DNA of 59,385 nucleotides, counting the filler. It is 4 parts of 4 records of this genome, joined end to end, with 100 filler letters (N's around TTAATTAATTAA, not from the genome) between each part and the next. Parts side by side here need not be neighbours in the genome. Positions count along the whole stretch, not along the records: positions 53,725 to 59,385 come from SRR31156797_7291; 3 more parts are not named here. One strand, given 5' to 3'. Numbering within the stretch: position 1 is the stretch's first letter; every line of letters begins with the position of its first letter. The notes beneath the pieces are model-generated. The model was not told the origin of the DNA, did not search any database, and worked only from the letters and a program-made list of their open reading frames with translations. Made by a program: the position numbers and the translations under genes. This document shows positions 56,922-59,385 of this stretch, piece after piece.

Positions 56922-59282
56922 ATGACCGAATATCATGTAATCAATGGACGAGCGCCCCGGTTGGATGCGCCTGCCAAGGCCACCGGGCGCGCCATGTATG
57001 TGGACGACATAAAGTTGCCGGGGATGCTCCATGGCGCCCTGTTGCAGAGTCCCCTGGCCCATGCCAGGATTCTCAATATCGACACCTCCAAGGCCCTGAA
57101 GCTGGCCGGTGTAAAATCAGTGGTGACCGCTGAAGAGGCGGGCATGGTGCATTACGGCGTAAGCCCCGCCAGGTATGATGAAACCCTTTTTGTAAAGGAA
57201 AGGGCCCGGTATATGGGCGACGAAATCGCCGCCGTTGCGGCAACGGATCTTGAAACCGCCCTGGAAGCCGTGTCCCTGATAGACGTGGAGTATGAGGAAC
57301 TGCCGGCGGTGTTCACGGTGGAAGAAGCCACTGCTGAAGGCGCACCGCAGATCCATGACAAGTATCCCGGGAACGTGTGCGCGGAAGTCCACCAGGAATT
57401 CGGAAATGTGGAGGAAGGGTTTGCCAAGAGCGATCTCATACGAACCGATACCTTTATCAACAAAAGACAGGACGGTGCGTTTCTGGAACCGAACGGCGTT
57501 GTGGCGGATTTCGACCGAAACGGTTATCTGACGCTGCATTCCTCCACCCAGGTTCCCCATTACGTCATGCGGATCGTGGCCATGGTGCTGGGGATTCCGG
57601 TGGGCAAGGTTCGGGTGAAAAAACCGTACGTGGGCGGCGGCTTCGGACCCAAGGCCGGCACCAATTCCATTGAACTGGCCTCCTGCCTCCTTTCCATGAA
57701 GACGGGCAAGCCCGTAAAGATGAATTTTACCAGGGAGCAGGTTTTCCTGTTTTCCAGGGCCCGGCATCAATTCAAGCACACCTTGACCACCGGCGTCAAA
57801 AAAGACGGCACGCTTATGGCGCTGACCAATGAATGTTACCTGGAAGGGGGGGCGTACACCAGTTTCGGTATCGCCACCGTCTATTATGCCGGTTCCCTTC
57901 TGGGGGCTCCCTACAGACTCCCCAATATGAAGTATGACGGTTACCGCATTTTCACCAACCGGCCCGCCTGTGGTGCCCAGCGCGGGCATGGCGGGGTCGC
58001 GTCCCGGGCTGCCTGGGAACAGCAGATTGATTTCATTGCGGAAGAGCTGGGCATGGATCCCGTGGAGATCAGGATGAAAAATTCCATGGAAGCGGGCGAC
58101 GTCACCTGCAACGACTTCAACACCAGTAGTTTCGGTATGAAAGAATGTATTGAAGCCGTGAAAGAAGGATCCAAGTGGGATGAGAAAAAAGGTAAGATGC
58201 CCGAAGGGAAAGGGATCGGTATTGCCACGGGCTTTTTTGTCTCCGGCGCGGGCTACCCCATTTACCGATCGGAAACGGCCCATTCCACGGTGGTCATTAA
58301 GCTGAACGAGGACGGCGGAACGGCCCATGTTTTAACCGGAAGTGCTGAAATCGGACAGGGTTCCGATACGGCCATGGCCATGATCGCCGCCGAGGGTCTG
58401 GGCGTGCCCTATGACCACATCAAGGTCTCGTCCGGTGACACGGACTACAGCGTGGACCTGGGAGCCTATTCCAGCCGTCAGACCCTCATGACCGGGCATG
58501 CCACCAAAGCTGCCGCCGAGGATCTCAAAGGCCAGGTGCTGGACGTGTTGAGCGAAAAACTGAAGGTACCGGTGGACCAGATGGATATTAAGAACGGATT
58601 TATCGTGTTTAAAGGCGAAACCCCTGATATCATGGAAATTCGAACCGTTTATGCCAAAGAGCATCGCGGTTTCTTCGACAATCCTGGTCTGGATGATCCG
58701 CTCACTTTCAAGGAGGCTGCCCGGATGGCCTTTCTGGCCCGGGGGTCCATGGTGGGAACCGGCAGTTACAAGCCGGGCGAGCTGGGCGGAAAATTCAAAG
58801 GCGCCGCCGTGGGTACGTCCCCGGCCTATGGTCCGTCCGCCCAGGTGGTGGAAGTCTCCGTGGATAAGGGGACGGGCAAAATTACCATCGATCGGATGAC
58901 CGATGCCCATGACTGCGGTTTTGCCATCAATCGCACCTCCGTGGAAGCGCAGATGCAGGGATCTCTCTCCATGGGCGTGGGCGAGGCCATGTATGAGGAA
59001 GTGAAATTTGACGACAAGGGTAAGATTCTCAATGCAAACCTGGGCGAATACAAGATCGCCACGGCCCTGGATATGCCCAACGTGGATGCCATCATTGTGG
59101 AAAGCAACGAACCCAACGGTCCTTTCGGGGCCAAGGAGGTGGGGGAAGGGGCCATCATGCCCACCATCCCGGCCATCCTGAATGCACTCTACGATGCCAC
59201 CGGCGTGCGGATTCAGGAGTTGCCCCTGACGCCCGAGCGGGTTTTCAAGGCCATTCAGGCGAAGGAAGAAAAAGAGAAATAG
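56922..59282 (+). CDS. Xanthine dehydrogenase-family molybdopterin (large) subunit, HcrA-like
   Basis: KATGRAMY.DD, STQVPH, VGGGFGPK, CGAQRGHG, EIGQGS.T, GAYSSR, GPFGAKEVGEG, LPLTPERV. Confidence 0.9.
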   Translation: MTEYHVINGRAPRLDAPAKATGRAMYVDDIKLPGMLHGALLQSPLAHARILNIDTSKALKLAGVKSVVTAEEAGMVHYGVSPARYDETLFVKERARYMGDEIAAVAATDLETALEAVSLIDVEYEELPAVFTVEEATAEGAPQIHDKYPGNVCAEVHQEFGNVEEGFAKSDLIRTDTFINKRQDGAFLEPNGVVADFDRNGYLTLHSSTQVPHYVMRIVAMVLGIPVGKVRVKKPYVGGGFGPKAGTNSIELASCLLSMKTGKPVKMNFTREQVFLFSRARHQFKHTLTTGVKKDGTLMALTNECYLEGGAYTSFGIATVYYAGSLLGAPYRLPNMKYDGYRIFTNRPACGAQRGHGGVASRAAWEQQIDFIAEELGMDPVEIRMKNSMEAGDVTCNDFNTSSFGMKECIEAVKEGSKWDEKKGKMPEGKGIGIATGFFVSGAGYPIYRSETAHSTVVIKLNEDGGTAHVLTGSAEIGQGSDTAMAMIAAEGLGVPYDHIKVSSGDTDYSVDLGAYSSRQTLMTGHATKAAAEDLKGQVLDVLSEKLKVPVDQMDIKNGFIVFKGETPDIMEIRTVYAKEHRGFFDNPGLDDPLTFKEAARMAFLARGSMVGTGSYKPGELGGKFKGAAVGTSPAYGPSAQVVEVSVDKGTGKITIDRMTDAHDCGFAINRTSVEAQMQGSLSMGVGEAMYEEVKFDDKGKILNANLGEYKIATALDMPNVDAIIVESNEPNGPFGAKEVGEGAIMPTIPAILNALYDATGVRIQELPLTPERVFKAIQAKEEKEK

Positions 59283-59303
59283 AAGTTTTATACCTCAGAT
59301 CAG

Positions 59304-59341
59304 CTCCCGGAAAGTGATTTATTTCTTTCCGGGAGTATTTC
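59304..59341 (+). terminator. Hairpin terminator
   Basis: CTCCCGGAAAG-10 nt-CTTTCCGGGAG followed by TATTTC. Confidence 0.75.
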
Positions 59342-59356
59342 TGAATTTGTACTATC

Positions 59357-59385
59357 GCTAACAGCTAACAGCTAACAGCTAACAG
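59357..59385. repeat. Heptamer tandem repeat (GCTAACA)n at the window end
   Basis: Four copies running to the last base. Confidence 0.9.

Noticed and set aside
57117..58910. Long antisense ORFs (403 aa and 192 aa) inside the Mo subunit gene
   Set aside because: Expected shadow frames of a GC-rich gene; no recognisable motifs.
55403..59282. Selenocysteine recoding, or assignment as aerobic CO dehydrogenase
   Set aside because: There is no in-frame TGA (the genes end in TAG or TAA), and the CoxL AYRCSFR motif is absent.

Overview
The window is not one locus. It is four unrelated contigs joined by identical artificial 100-nt spacers (N44-TTAATTAATTAA-N44) at 8640-8739, 28806-28905 and 53625-53724. 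Contig 1 (1-8639, AT-rich Bacteroidota) holds a partial TlpA redoxin; a PAS kinase/NarL pair next to an operon for a receiver-only protein, an outer-membrane beta-barrel and a half-size periplasmic-binding-protein; an 11 x 21-nt palindromic tandem array; and a truncated membrane protein whose exported part ends in a CxxC-less thioredoxin fold, probably a LytS-type sensor. Contig 2 (8740-28805, Bacteroidota) holds a very large SprB-like T9SS adhesin with its PorP/SprF partner, a BNR/VPS10 T9SS cargo, an ABC SBP, a SPOR-like repeat protein with an orphan wza-wzc pair, DUF134 and a MATE pump. Contig 3 (28906-53624, Bacteroidota, visibly higher GC) holds housekeeping genes (mtnA, kdsC, rpe, pnp, rpsO, fbp, mrcA, gldH), a strongly structured mtnA 5' leader, algI/algJ-like acetylation genes and a split 2,6-dideoxysugar pathway linked to polyprenol-type GT2s. 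Contig 4 (53725-59385, GC-rich, probably Desulfobacterota) holds ubiX, an IclR regulator with twin operators, and a xanthine-oxidase-family Mo enzyme with an HcrA-like large subunit but an FAD subunit lacking the HcrB [4Fe-4S] loop. No rRNA, tRNA, CRISPR array or transposase was seen. All family and taxon assignments come from motif recognition by eye, not from database searches.
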